From an uncultured Candidatus Rokubacteria bacterium (GTDB lineage Bacteria; Methylomirabilota; Methylomirabilia; Rokubacteriales; DASRDR01): DNA of 64,000 bases. Every line of letters begins with the position of its first letter. Within the stretch, counting starts at the first letter, position 1. The notes beneath the pieces were generated by a model, which did not search any database, had not been told where the DNA came from, and worked only from the letters and a program-made list of their open reading frames with translations. Both the position numbers and the translations under genes were made by a program. This document shows positions 16,481 to 25,594 of the stretch, piece by piece. The stretch lies in the NCBI GenBank assembly GCA_963805625.1, contig CAWDVE010000021.1, forward strand, positions 320,001 to 384,000, written 5' to 3'.

Positions 16481-17686
16481 ATGGCCTCGGGGCCCAAAGC
16501 GACGGAAACGCCTGCCGTGACGCGCGGAGCGGATGTCGAGTCAGCGGGGCTTGTGGAGCGGGATCTCTCATCTCCTCGTGGCCAGGGTGCGGGCCGGCCG
16601 CGCCTTCGTGTGCTCCGGGATGAACCCGGCGCGCGCGGCCGGCTGATCGCGCGAATCCTCACCGGCGCCTGGCGGATGGCGCCGCCACCGCCCGACTTCA
16701 CGGCCGACGAGTTGGAGGCTGCCGCACCGCTCCTCCATAAGGGCGGATCAGGTGCGCTGGTCTGGTGGCGAATCCGTGGCACACCGCTGGCCGAGACCCC
16801 GACTGGCCAGGGGTTCCGCAACGCCTATCGGCTTTGCACTCTCGAGGCGGAGATCCACGCGATCGAGATGGTCCGGGTGCTACAGCGACTCGACGCGGCG
16901 GGCGTAGAGACCCTCGTCGCTAAGGGTTGGGTGGCCGCGCGCCACTATCCCGAGGTCGGGCTCCGCCAGTATACCGACCTGGACCTGTTGGTCCGACCCG
17001 CGCACGTAGTGGCGGCCCGGACCGCTCTGGCGAGCCTCGCAGGTCTCGAGTATCTGGTGGACCTCCACGAGGGGGCGAGGCACCTGGACGCGCTCAGTTT
17101 CGATGACCTGGCGGCGCGGGCGGAGCACGTCAAGGTCGGTGAACGGGACGTGTGCGTTGTCGGTCCGGAGGACCACCTCCGGGTGCTTGCCGTTCACGCC
17201 CTGCGCCATGGCGTCTTCCGCCCTCTTTGGCTGGTCGACCTCGCCGTGGCGATGGAGGCCCGGCCGACGGACTTCGACTGGACCCGCTGTCTCGGGCCTG
17301 ACCCGCGGCGCGCGGACTGGGTGGCCTGCGCCCTCGGGCTGTCCCACCGCCTACTCGGGGCGGACCTCGACAGTGAGTTGGTGGAGGCGCGCGCGCGGCG
17401 ACTGCCAGACTGGCTGCTTCGGGCCGTCCTGCGGGCCTGGGATCGCTGCGAGGACCCCAGTCTGCACGAACCCTTCGCGTGGGTGCTCGCACGGGAGCTG
17501 CGGCGACCGGCCCGTATCGTCGCGGAGATCCGGCGCCGCTGGGACCGCCCGATCCAGGCGACGGTCGCGGTGGGCGGCCCGTTCAACCGGCTCCCCCGCT
17601 GGCCGTTCCGGCTGGCGGCGATCGTCCGCCACGCGCCCGGGATCGGACGGGTGCTCAGGCAGACGATCGGCGCCAGGGCACGGTGA
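16481..17686 (+). CDS. Nucleotidyltransferase family protein (NTP_transf_5-like)
   Basis: LVAKGW...YPEVGLRQYTDLDLLV...VDLH...HALRHG...WLVDL; start uncertain (16364-16610). Confidence 0.85.
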   Translation: MASGPKATETPAVTRGADVESAGLVERDLSSPRGQGAGRPRLRVLRDEPGARGRLIARILTGAWRMAPPPPDFTADELEAAAPLLHKGGSGALVWWRIRGTPLAETPTGQGFRNAYRLCTLEAEIHAIEMVRVLQRLDAAGVETLVAKGWVAARHYPEVGLRQYTDLDLLVRPAHVVAARTALASLAGLEYLVDLHEGARHLDALSFDDLAARAEHVKVGERDVCVVGPEDHLRVLAVHALRHGVFRPLWLVDLAVAMEARPTDFDWTRCLGPDPRRADWVACALGLSHRLLGADLDSELVEARARRLPDWLLRAVLRAWDRCEDPSLHEPFAWVLARELRRPARIVAEIRRRWDRPIQATVAVGGPFNRLPRWPFRLAAIVRHAPGIGRVLRQTIGARAR

Positions 17687-17744
17687 TCTCCGCCGAGGCA
17701 GGTGGTTCGACGGGCCGTCGCCATGGTCGCGGAGGTCGACGGGG

Positions 17745-18734
17745 TCAGGGCGACGCTGGGCGCTCGAGATCGAGGCTCCTGAGGAGCGCGTCCGCCGTCT
17801 GCCGCGCCTCCCCACGGACGACGCGGAGGATCGGGGCCCTCAGGACAACCTGCTGGATCGCCACGAGGGCTCGCGGAGGGTCCCGCCGGACAGAGACGGT
17901 GTTGGCCAGGAGCTCGAGCGCTCCTTCGGCGGCCGAGAGTCGCCGCGGACGCCAGCGCGCCCCGGCCCGGTAACGGCTTACGACTACGAGGCCCACCGGA
18001 AGCGACCGGGTTCCGGTGCGTCCGCCGAGCGCCGCGGCGGACCAGCGCGATCGGTCCAACCCGCGGTCCCCGCGAAGCGAGAGGCGTCGCGCGTACGGGT
18101 AGACGCGCCCGCGCAGGTCGAGCACGGCGTACTCGTCCGAGTAGTACGTCGCCCCCGCCCGGACCAGGTCTGCGACGAGCCTGCTCTTGCCGCTCATGCT
18201 GGGTCCGGGCAGGAGGATCGCCCGCCCGCGCCAGCCCACAACGCCGGCATGCACGAAGACGCGCCGCGGCGCTCGCTCGGCGACGTAGAGTTGGAGGTCG
18301 GACTCGAGGCTGTCAAGGATGCCTTCCAGGGTCCGGTCCCGGGTCACGGGCGCCGTGTCACCCCAGAGGCGATGCCACCCCTCGCGGCGCGGCACGACCA
18401 GCGAGTACAGGCGATCGACGATCCGCGCGTCGGCCAGGCGCCAGCCGGGCGGTAGCCGGTCGCGCAGCGACGCCAAGACCGACAGTTCGTTCGCACGGAC
18501 CCCGATCCGCAGCCCGTAGGCCGTGATGGCGAAACCCAGCCGACACGCGGGCGGCCCCCAGCGTCCCGAACGTGGAGTCCCGGGCTTCGGGGCGACGCAG
18601 AGATCCTTGAGCCCGCGGCCGATACGGGGAAGCTCCGCGGCCAGGCAGACGATCGAGGCGAACCCCCTGCCCTGGCGGACGGCAAGGCAGGGTCCGGAAC
18701 ACGATGCCGGCGCAGGCGCCGGCTGACCCCTCAC
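17745..18734 (-). CDS. HPr kinase-like P-loop protein
   Basis: FVHAGVV...LLPGPSMSGKS...YYSDEYAVLD; GTG start overlaps the upstream stop (GTGA), though the true start may be later. Confidence 0.82.
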   Translation of the reverse strand: MRGQPAPAPASCSGPCLAVRQGRGFASIVCLAAELPRIGRGLKDLCVAPKPGTPRSGRWGPPACRLGFAITAYGLRIGVRANELSVLASLRDRLPPGWRLADARIVDRLYSLVVPRREGWHRLWGDTAPVTRDRTLEGILDSLESDLQLYVAERAPRRVFVHAGVVGWRGRAILLPGPSMSGKSRLVADLVRAGATYYSDEYAVLDLRGRVYPYARRLSLRGDRGLDRSRWSAAALGGRTGTRSLPVGLVVVSRYRAGARWRPRRLSAAEGALELLANTVSVRRDPPRALVAIQQVVLRAPILRVVRGEARQTADALLRSLDLERPASP

Positions 18735-20287
18735 GTCCCTGGCGGGTGGGCCCGCGGGCTCTCGATGATCGGCGCGACGCCGGCCAGCGCGAGGACGTTC
18801 CGCGCCCCGATTCCGATCGTCGAGGCGACCCGGCCCTCAGCGTCTATCAGCACGGCCGACGGCGTTGCGCGGGCCTCGAAGACCTTGCTCACCTTCAAGC
18901 CCTCGTCGAGGACGACGGTCGAGCGGAAGCCCAGAGCGCGGTTTGCCTCGACCGATCCCGAGGAGACCACGAGCAGACGGGGGGCGCCGCGGGGGGGCTC
19001 GGCCTCCCACCGGTGAAGATCCTCGGCCATCCGCTGGCAATACGAGCAGTCCGGATGCCAGAAGACGAGAAGGGTGTCCCGTCCGCGGTAGTTGCGGAGG
19101 TCGATCATCCGGTTGTCGAGGTCGGGAAGCGTGAATGGCGGCGCGAGCTGGCCGGGGCGGGGCGGCCCTCCGGCCAGCACCGGCAGCGATCCGTGGCTCT
19201 CCCGGCCGTTCGTCCGCGCCGGGAACGGGGCACCAGGTGAGGCGACGGCGTGGGCAACAAGGGCGCGGATGGCAGCGTCCCCGAAGACGACCGGGCCTGC
19301 GATCCGCCCGGTTCGCCCGATGAGGACCGCGCCGGGAGTCCACTGGGCGCCGTAGGCGTCGGCAACTTCACTCCGCGCCTGGAGGAGCATGGCCTCGGAC
19401 GACATCCCACCGAACTTTGTCCGGTTCTCGTCGGTACTCCCGGTCGTGACCAGCGCCAGCGTGAACGCCTCCGCGTGCTCGCGCTGCCAGCGGGCGATCT
19501 CGGGCGCGAGGGCAGTGCAGGGATCACAGGCCGGCCCCACGAAGAGAAGCAGGACCGGCCGGCCAAGTCCAAGGAGGGTGCCGAGCGAGCGTGTCTCACC
19601 GTCGCCAGCGGGCAGGGAGAAGGCCGGCGCCAGCGCGCCCACCGGGAGGGCACCCACCGTGAGGCCCGTGTCGAGTTGTCTGCCCTCACTGGGCGCGCCG
19701 ATTCCCTGTTCCACCCGTGCCTCGATCGCGTCGAGCCGGGTCAGGACCCGCGCCTGCTGGATGAGCAGGCGCAGCACCATCCCGACGACCGTGCCAAGAA
19801 CCGCCAGCGCGGCGAGGCCCAGGACGGCCAGGGTGCGCTCGGCGGGCGGCAGCGCACCGAGCCAGCCCACGACGCTCAGCCCGGAGTCGTTCCATCCGGC
19901 ACCGACAACGAACACGGCCAGCGCGCCAAGAACAACGTTCCGGAGCAAGGTCGGCCAGCCCACTGGGGCCGAGCGCAGCTGGCCAAAGCAGCGGCACTCG
20001 GGCCGCTGGCCCCGCGCGAGACTCAGCGCAATGGCGATCGTGAACGCCACGAGAAGGCCGAGGGCCCCGAGCCCACCCCACCACGCGGAGGTGCGCGGAA
20101 CAAGGGCGGTGGCGACAGACAGCTCTGCGGCCGGGAGAGCCACCGCGAGGGGTCCCACGAGCCAGGCGGGCAACCCGAATCCGGCAAGGCCCTCGCGGGC
20201 GCCGGTCCGGTCCAGGAGCTTGGTGACGCCGGCAACCGTGAACACGCCGGCGAGCGCGAGTCGGGCACTGAGGAGGACCGCGTCCAT
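18731..20287 (-). CDS. MauE/DoxX membrane domain fused to two thioredoxin-like (MauD/TlpA-like) domains
   Basis: TM helices with CRCFG and LLRNVVL; APAFSL...CDPC; APPFTL...FWHPDCSYC...ATPSAVLID. Confidence 0.9.
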   Translation of the reverse strand: MDAVLLSARLALAGVFTVAGVTKLLDRTGAREGLAGFGLPAWLVGPLAVALPAAELSVATALVPRTSAWWGGLGALGLLVAFTIAIALSLARGQRPECRCFGQLRSAPVGWPTLLRNVVLGALAVFVVGAGWNDSGLSVVGWLGALPPAERTLAVLGLAALAVLGTVVGMVLRLLIQQARVLTRLDAIEARVEQGIGAPSEGRQLDTGLTVGALPVGALAPAFSLPAGDGETRSLGTLLGLGRPVLLLFVGPACDPCTALAPEIARWQREHAEAFTLALVTTGSTDENRTKFGGMSSEAMLLQARSEVADAYGAQWTPGAVLIGRTGRIAGPVVFGDAAIRALVAHAVASPGAPFPARTNGRESHGSLPVLAGGPPRPGQLAPPFTLPDLDNRMIDLRNYRGRDTLLVFWHPDCSYCQRMAEDLHRWEAEPPRGAPRLLVVSSGSVEANRALGFRSTVVLDEGLKVSKVFEARATPSAVLIDAEGRVASTIGIGARNVLALAGVAPIIESPRAHPPGT

Positions 20288-20435
20288 CTGGGACTCTACC
20301 TCACACCGATTCCGCTGGGCGCAAGACCGGGGACCTCTGGCGCGTGGGTGTGACGCAGGGCCTGCCGGGGGACCGGAGCCGCCGATCCCCCGGCCCCCTC
20401 AACCCGCTGCCGCTGACCGAACTCGAGCAGCGCTC

Positions 20436-21149
20436 CTAGCGGCTGCCGACCGTTGGCACTCCCGGCGCTGGCAGCGCGGAACCGGCGCCGCCGGGGCACG
20501 GTCCTACACACACACCGGCGGCACCACAGCAGGTGTTCACGACGCAGGCCTGGCCGGATGGGCAGCCTGCACTCGCGGTGCACGCCGTGAGGCCTGCGCA
20601 GGGCGTCGCCCCGTCAACGCAGAATCCCGACCCCTCGGAGGTCGTGGCGCACACGCAAGTTCCCCCGGGACCGCACGTCTGGAAGTTCGTGCAGGTTCTC
20701 CCTGCGCAGGCCGCCGTGGTCTGCGCCGCCGCGGGATGGGGCGCGACCACCGAGGTGACGGCGGGGAGGATCAGGGCTCCGGCGGCCACGCTCAGCCCCA
20801 ACCGCGCTAGCACCTGCCGCCGGGACACCGCCCGCTGCATCGGCAGCCGCTCCTGGAGCAGCTGTGCCCGGTCCAGCTCGGCGAGGGCGAGCCACACGAC
20901 CTCCTCGTTGGCCCCGGGCAGCTCCGGCTGGAGCCGACTCGTGAGCTCCTGGACGCTCGCCCGCCCGTCGCATTCCCGCCACACGAGGAGGGCAGGGCGA
21001 TTTAGCGCGTGCGCCCGGTGCTGATCGAGATCGTAGACCAGCACTTCGTCGGCCACGTCGCGGATGACCAACCCCTCATGTCGGGCCTGCGGTCGGAACG
21101 CCGCAGCCGACACCCACCCCCCTTGCGCCTCGGGTCTCCGTTGCTCCAT
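20436..21149 (-). CDS. PqqD/RRE domain fused to an internal Tat-like signal and a 14-Cys peptide (putative RiPP precursor)
   Basis: DEVLVYDLDQHRAHALNRPALLVWRECDG (PqqD); VSRRQVLARLGL...VVAPHPAAAQ; Cys/Thr/Gly-rich tail; GGAGG RBS before ATG 21149. Confidence 0.85.
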   Translation of the reverse strand: MEQRRPEAQGGWVSAAAFRPQARHEGLVIRDVADEVLVYDLDQHRAHALNRPALLVWRECDGRASVQELTSRLQPELPGANEEVVWLALAELDRAQLLQERLPMQRAVSRRQVLARLGLSVAAGALILPAVTSVVAPHPAAAQTTAACAGRTCTNFQTCGPGGTCVCATTSEGSGFCVDGATPCAGLTACTASAGCPSGQACVVNTCCGAAGVCVGPCPGGAGSALPAPGVPTVGSR

Positions 21150-21418
21150 CGTCGGCCCCTCCACTTTCGAGTCGGGTTGGCTAGTGGTCGACAAACGCTA
21201 CCCTTCCTATCACGCGCTCAGGCCTCAGGTCAACATCTGAAACATCTCTCCGTTGGGCGCTGACGCGTCTGCCCGCGACCCCACGGCCTGCGGATCCGGA
21301 GTGTGGCCGTGCGGGAAGGTCGGGGAAGGGGGCGCGAGTGCTTGAACTTTCTTCTTGCTTTGAGTTCTTCCCTCCTTTTGGGCTCTGCTCTCATCTGAGC
21401 AGCTCACGCCAGACGGGC

Positions 21419-21740
21419 ATGAGCTACTCGTCGCGGACCGGCTGAGCGAGGACGAGGTCGCCGAGCGTGCCGGCACCACGGTCGAACGGATCCGGGAGCA
21501 CGTGTGCCTCGGGCTCCTCGCGCGCGAGGCCGGCGGGCTCGCCCGCCGTGACGTCATGCGCGCTCGCGTGGTCGCCGAGCTTGAGCGCAAGGGCATCGAG
21601 GTCGGCGCGCTCGCCGCTGCGATCGCGACTGGCGAGCTCACGCTCGGGTACCTCGAGAGCGCCGGCCGGAGGACACCGCGCTCGGATCGCCCGTTCGAGC
21701 AGCTCGCGGCGGAGATGGGGATCGCGTTCGAAACCCCGGC
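21419..21740 (+). pseudogene. MerR-like HTH N-terminal fragment, possibly from an adenylate-cyclase-type protein
   Basis: LSEDEVAERAGTTVERIREHVCLGLL...RDVMRARVV...LAAEMGI; frameshift near the start and an abrupt loss of protein-like sequence. Confidence 0.45.
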
Positions 21741-21899
21741 ATCGAGGCGGTCGCCATCGCAGACCTCACTGGGTACAGTCCCTCGAAGGGTTGGTTGGAG
21801 AAATTGGCTTTCGTTAGTCCTTCTGGATTCCCAGGGGGCGGGTCCCGACGTGACCTGGAGACGGACGCCCAGCGCCGCGCTCAACCTTGGCCCGGCTGC

Positions 21900-23552
21900 T
21901 CAGGCGGCGACCTTCATGCGGCAGAAGCAGGAGGCCCTCACCGGCACCTCTGATCTTGCCAGCGCCAGGTCGAGGCGCTGCTTGATCAGGGCCGCCTCGA
22001 CCGTCTCGCCGCGCCGGGTCAGGCATTCGTGCAGTCCGTGCAGGCTCCAGAGATTGTCCGGATGCTGGCAGGCCCGGCTGAGCTTGCCGTCGAGGCCGAG
22101 ATCCGAGCGATAGATCGCCTCGGCCTCGGCGACCCGGCCCTGCTCCAGCAACAGCGCGCCGAGCGCGTGCCGGGTCGGTTGCATCCAGCCCCACGGCTCA
22201 TCGTAGGGCAGCGCATCGTCGAGCTCGACCGAGCGGCGCAGGTGGCCGAAGGCCACCTCGTAGTTGCCGCGCCGGTACTCGATCTCGCCGTTGAGCATCG
22301 CCTCGGCCACCCCAAGCAGGTCCTGGACGGTGTTGTTGTGCACCCGCCGGCTCTCCGGCACCCGGAGCTTCGCCTCCATGAACGCCGCCTTGGCCGCTTC
22401 TGCCTCGGCGATGTGGCCGAGCGCGGAATGCGCCACCGCCTGGGCGTAGAGCATCATCGCGGTCGTCGAGCAGTAGAGCTCCCGGTCACGGGGCAGCTCC
22501 TGCGCGATGATCTCGTGCCACTTGCCGAAGCGCACCAGCACGTGCTGCTTCATCGGCAGGTAACCCTCGACGAAATCGGCCATCGGCGGCGAGGGGATGC
22601 GCAGGAGCTCCTCGGGCGTGGTGTCGATCAGCTCCTGCGCCGCCTCCATGGCCGGCCCGTACTGGCCGAGGAACATGGCTCCGTAGATGGCGAAGTGGTA
22701 GTCGTGGGTGCGGTAGAGCGCATAGACGTTCAACGCTCCCTCGCGGGTCAGGAACTTGCGGTCGGCGGCGATCGCCTTCTGGTTGTAGACCAGCACGTCG
22801 CGGTAGTGGCCGCAGAGCACGTCGATGTGGGTGGGCATGTGGATCAGGTGCCCGGCATCCGGCACCAGATCGCGCAGCCGGTCGCCCGCCCGCAGCGCGC
22901 GCTGCGGGAAGGGCGACATCTCCATCAGGTGGACGTAGAGATGCAGGAGCCCCGGGTGGTCCCACGAGGCGGGGATGTCGCGGAAGGCGCCCTCCAGCAC
23001 GTCGACCGCCTCCGCCGTGCCGGCGCCCTCGGCGACACCCCCGGTCTTGAGGTCCCACATCTTCCAGGGCGTCAGGTTCAAGATCGCCTCGGCGAACACG
23101 GAGCGCACCTCGAGGTCGTGGCGGTGGGCGTGGAACACCCGGCGCATGGCGTCCGCATAGGCGGCGTCCCACGGCGACTGGTCCTCGAGGGTCTCGCGCT
23201 GCGGATAGCGCGCGGGCAGGGCGTGGATCAGCGCCTGCTCGACCGCGCTGGCGCCGCCGGCAAGAGCCAGGGCGCCCTGCATCGCGTCGTAGGCGGCGGC
23301 GAGCGCGGCCGCCTTGCCGGCCGGGTCGTAGAGGTGCCAGGGCAGGTTGTAGTTCGGCCCGGCCGCGTAGGAGATCCCCCAGTAGGCCATGGCGCAGGCG
23401 GAGTCGCGCTCCAGCGCCTTCCGGAAGCAGGCGATCGCCTCGGCGTGGTTGAAGCCGAAGAGCCAGTTGAGGCCCCGGTCGAACCAGAGCTGGGCCTCGG
23501 GCACGGCGGTGGTGACCTTGCGGGTGTACGAGCCAAGGTCGTAGTAGTCCAT
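21900..23552 (-). CDS. TPR-repeat protein
   Basis: AQLWFDRGL...FNHAEA...CAMAYWG; HLYVHLME; HLIHMPTHI; YDEPWGWMQP. Confidence 0.88.
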   Translation of the reverse strand: MDYYDLGSYTRKVTTAVPEAQLWFDRGLNWLFGFNHAEAIACFRKALERDSACAMAYWGISYAAGPNYNLPWHLYDPAGKAAALAAAYDAMQGALALAGGASAVEQALIHALPARYPQRETLEDQSPWDAAYADAMRRVFHAHRHDLEVRSVFAEAILNLTPWKMWDLKTGGVAEGAGTAEAVDVLEGAFRDIPASWDHPGLLHLYVHLMEMSPFPQRALRAGDRLRDLVPDAGHLIHMPTHIDVLCGHYRDVLVYNQKAIAADRKFLTREGALNVYALYRTHDYHFAIYGAMFLGQYGPAMEAAQELIDTTPEELLRIPSPPMADFVEGYLPMKQHVLVRFGKWHEIIAQELPRDRELYCSTTAMMLYAQAVAHSALGHIAEAEAAKAAFMEAKLRVPESRRVHNNTVQDLLGVAEAMLNGEIEYRRGNYEVAFGHLRRSVELDDALPYDEPWGWMQPTRHALGALLLEQGRVAEAEAIYRSDLGLDGKLSRACQHPDNLWSLHGLHECLTRRGETVEAALIKQRLDLALARSEVPVRASCFCRMKVAA

Positions 23553-23700
23553 GGATCCTCCACTGAGCGAGAGTGGCACCGACGATCCGGTTCCCTGGGG
23601 CGTCTGGGCCCGGCCGATTATGACACGCGGACCGCGGCGGGCGCACGGGGCGGCCGCAGCTGGTGATGCGGACGTCGGGGAGGACGCCGCGAGGGCATTC

Positions 23701-24546
23701 CTACCCCTTCACGGCCCCGGCGGTGAGCCCGGACACGTAGTGCTTGACGAAGAACGAGTACAGGATGGCGATCGGGACCGCGCCGAGCACCGCGGAAGCC
23801 ATCAGCGATCCCCAGAACAGGGTGTCCGCCTTGATCAGGTCGCTGACCGTCCCGACCGAAATGGTCTTCATCGAACCGGACGACATGAAGATGAGGGCGT
23901 AGAGGAATTCGTTCCAGGACAGGGTGAAGCAGAAGATGCCGGCCGAGAGGACCCCGGGGAGCGCGAGGGGCAGGATGATCCGGAACAGGGTCTGGAGCCG
24001 GGTGCAGCCGTCGGCCATCGCGCTCTCCTCGATCTCCTTCGGGATCGTGCGGAAGTAGCCCATGAGCAGCCACGAGGCGAACGGGATGAGCTGGGTCGGA
24101 TAGGTGAGGATCAGCGCCCAGTAGGTATTGTAGAGCCCCAGGCTGGAAATCACCTGTGCCAGGGGCAGGAACAGGAGCGTCGGGGGAACGAGATAGGCGA
24201 GGAAGATCCCCACTCCGAGAAAATTGCTCCCGGGGAAGCGCAACCGGGCCAGGGCGTAGCCGATCAGGACGCTGCAGACCAGCGAGATGATGGTGGACGC
24301 GATCGAGACGATCAGGGTGTTCTTCACCCAGGACGGGAAGTCGGTGTCGCGAAACAGGTAGAGGTAGTTCTCGAGCGTGAAGTGCTGGATCCAGAATGGA
24401 TTGTACTTGAGCTCGAACAGGTCGTTGGTCGGCTTGAAAGAGACGATCGCCATCCAGTAGAAGGGGAACAGGAGGAACGCGACGTAGGCACTCAATGGGA
24501 GGTAGATGCTCAGGATGCGACGGCCGAGGCGATTGCTGCCGACCAA
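23701..24546 (-). CDS. Carbohydrate ABC transporter permease (MalG-like)
   Basis: IPKEIEESAMADGC (EAA loop); SWNEFLYAL. Confidence 0.95.
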   Translation of the reverse strand: MVGSNRLGRRILSIYLPLSAYVAFLLFPFYWMAIVSFKPTNDLFELKYNPFWIQHFTLENYLYLFRDTDFPSWVKNTLIVSIASTIISLVCSVLIGYALARLRFPGSNFLGVGIFLAYLVPPTLLFLPLAQVISSLGLYNTYWALILTYPTQLIPFASWLLMGYFRTIPKEIEESAMADGCTRLQTLFRIILPLALPGVLSAGIFCFTLSWNEFLYALIFMSSGSMKTISVGTVSDLIKADTLFWGSLMASAVLGAVPIAILYSFFVKHYVSGLTAGAVKG

Positions 24547-24547
24547 G

Positions 24548-25492
24548 CTAGTCCTCCTTCCGCAGGTACATCAGGAGCAGCGCGGCGAAGAACGCCAGGA
24601 TCGGGAACATGTACAGGGCGATCGCCGCCCCGGTGCCGATCTCGGTTGCCGCCAGCCCGATCTGGTAGGCGTAGGTCCCGAAGATGTGAGTCTGGTTGGC
24701 CGGGCCACCCTTGGTCAGGATGTAGATGAGCTGGAAGTCGGCGAAGGTCCAGATGACTGACAAGAGGCTGGCGATCAGGATCACGCCCTTGATCGCTGGG
24801 ATAGTGACGTGGCGGAATCGCTCCCAGGTGCTGGCGCCGTCGATGGCGGCGGCCTCGTGGAGCTCGTTCGGGACCGCCTGGAGACCGGCCAGAATGGTGA
24901 TACCGAAGAAGGGGACCCCGCGCCAGATGTTGGCCAGGCAGATCGAGGAGATCGCGAGCAGCGGATCGCCGAGGAAGTTGATGTTCGACCCGATCAGGCC
25001 GAGGTGTCGCAGGAGCCAGGAGATCGGGCTGAACACCGGGTCGAAGATCATGAACCAGCCGAGCGTGCTGAGCGCGGTCGGGACGATCCACGGCATCATC
25101 ACCCCGGCTCGGATCACGTTGCTGAAGCGCATGCCCTGGTTGAGCACCAAGGCCAGCCCGAGGCCCAGGACCGCCTTGAACGGGACGGTAACCAGCGCGT
25201 AGACGAAGGTGTTCTTGGTGGTCTGCAGGAAGATGCTGTCGCCGAGCAGGTCGCCGAAGTTGCGGAGGCCGATGAACTTCCCCATGCGGCCAATCATGCT
25301 GTCGGTGAGGGAGAGCCAGATCCCGAGGAAGAACGGGTACGCCATGAAGACCATCAGGAGCAGCGCCCCGGGGATCATGAGCAGGACGCCGAGGCTCGCC
25401 TCGCGGTCCAGGAGGCGCCGGGCCCGCGACGGTAGACTCGGGCGCGCCCGCACCGCGTCCAGCATGGTCGGGATGTCTCCGGCTCTATTCAC
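24548..25492 (-). CDS. Carbohydrate ABC transporter permease (MalF-like)
   Basis: LQAVPNELHEAAAIDGAS; TKGGPAN; start may be 25465. Confidence 0.95.
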   Translation of the reverse strand: MNRAGDIPTMLDAVRARPSLPSRARRLLDREASLGVLLMIPGALLLMVFMAYPFFLGIWLSLTDSMIGRMGKFIGLRNFGDLLGDSIFLQTTKNTFVYALVTVPFKAVLGLGLALVLNQGMRFSNVIRAGVMMPWIVPTALSTLGWFMIFDPVFSPISWLLRHLGLIGSNINFLGDPLLAISSICLANIWRGVPFFGITILAGLQAVPNELHEAAAIDGASTWERFRHVTIPAIKGVILIASLLSVIWTFADFQLIYILTKGGPANQTHIFGTYAYQIGLAATEIGTGAAIALYMFPILAFFAALLLMYLRKED

Positions 25493-25504
25493 CTGGACCT
25501 CCGA

Positions 25505-25539
25505 GACGAGGGTGCCCGGTCGGGCCGGACACCCTCGTC
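25505..25539. terminator. Intercistronic hairpin between the binding-protein and permease genes
   Basis: GACGAGGGTG...CACCCTCGTC 10-bp perfect arms plus inner pairing; no U-tract, so it may stabilise mRNA rather than terminate. Confidence 0.5.
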
Positions 25540-25594
25540 CCTCCGTCCCCCGCCGAGTTCGCGGGGGGCACGAGTTCCGCTACGGAGATGATGG

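Noticed and set aside
16481-21149. Lasso peptide cluster, or methylamine dehydrogenase (mau) operon
   Set aside because: No asparagine-synthetase-like cyclase or B2 peptidase is present. No MauB or MauG is present, and the Cys-rich tail has no Trp for TTQ.
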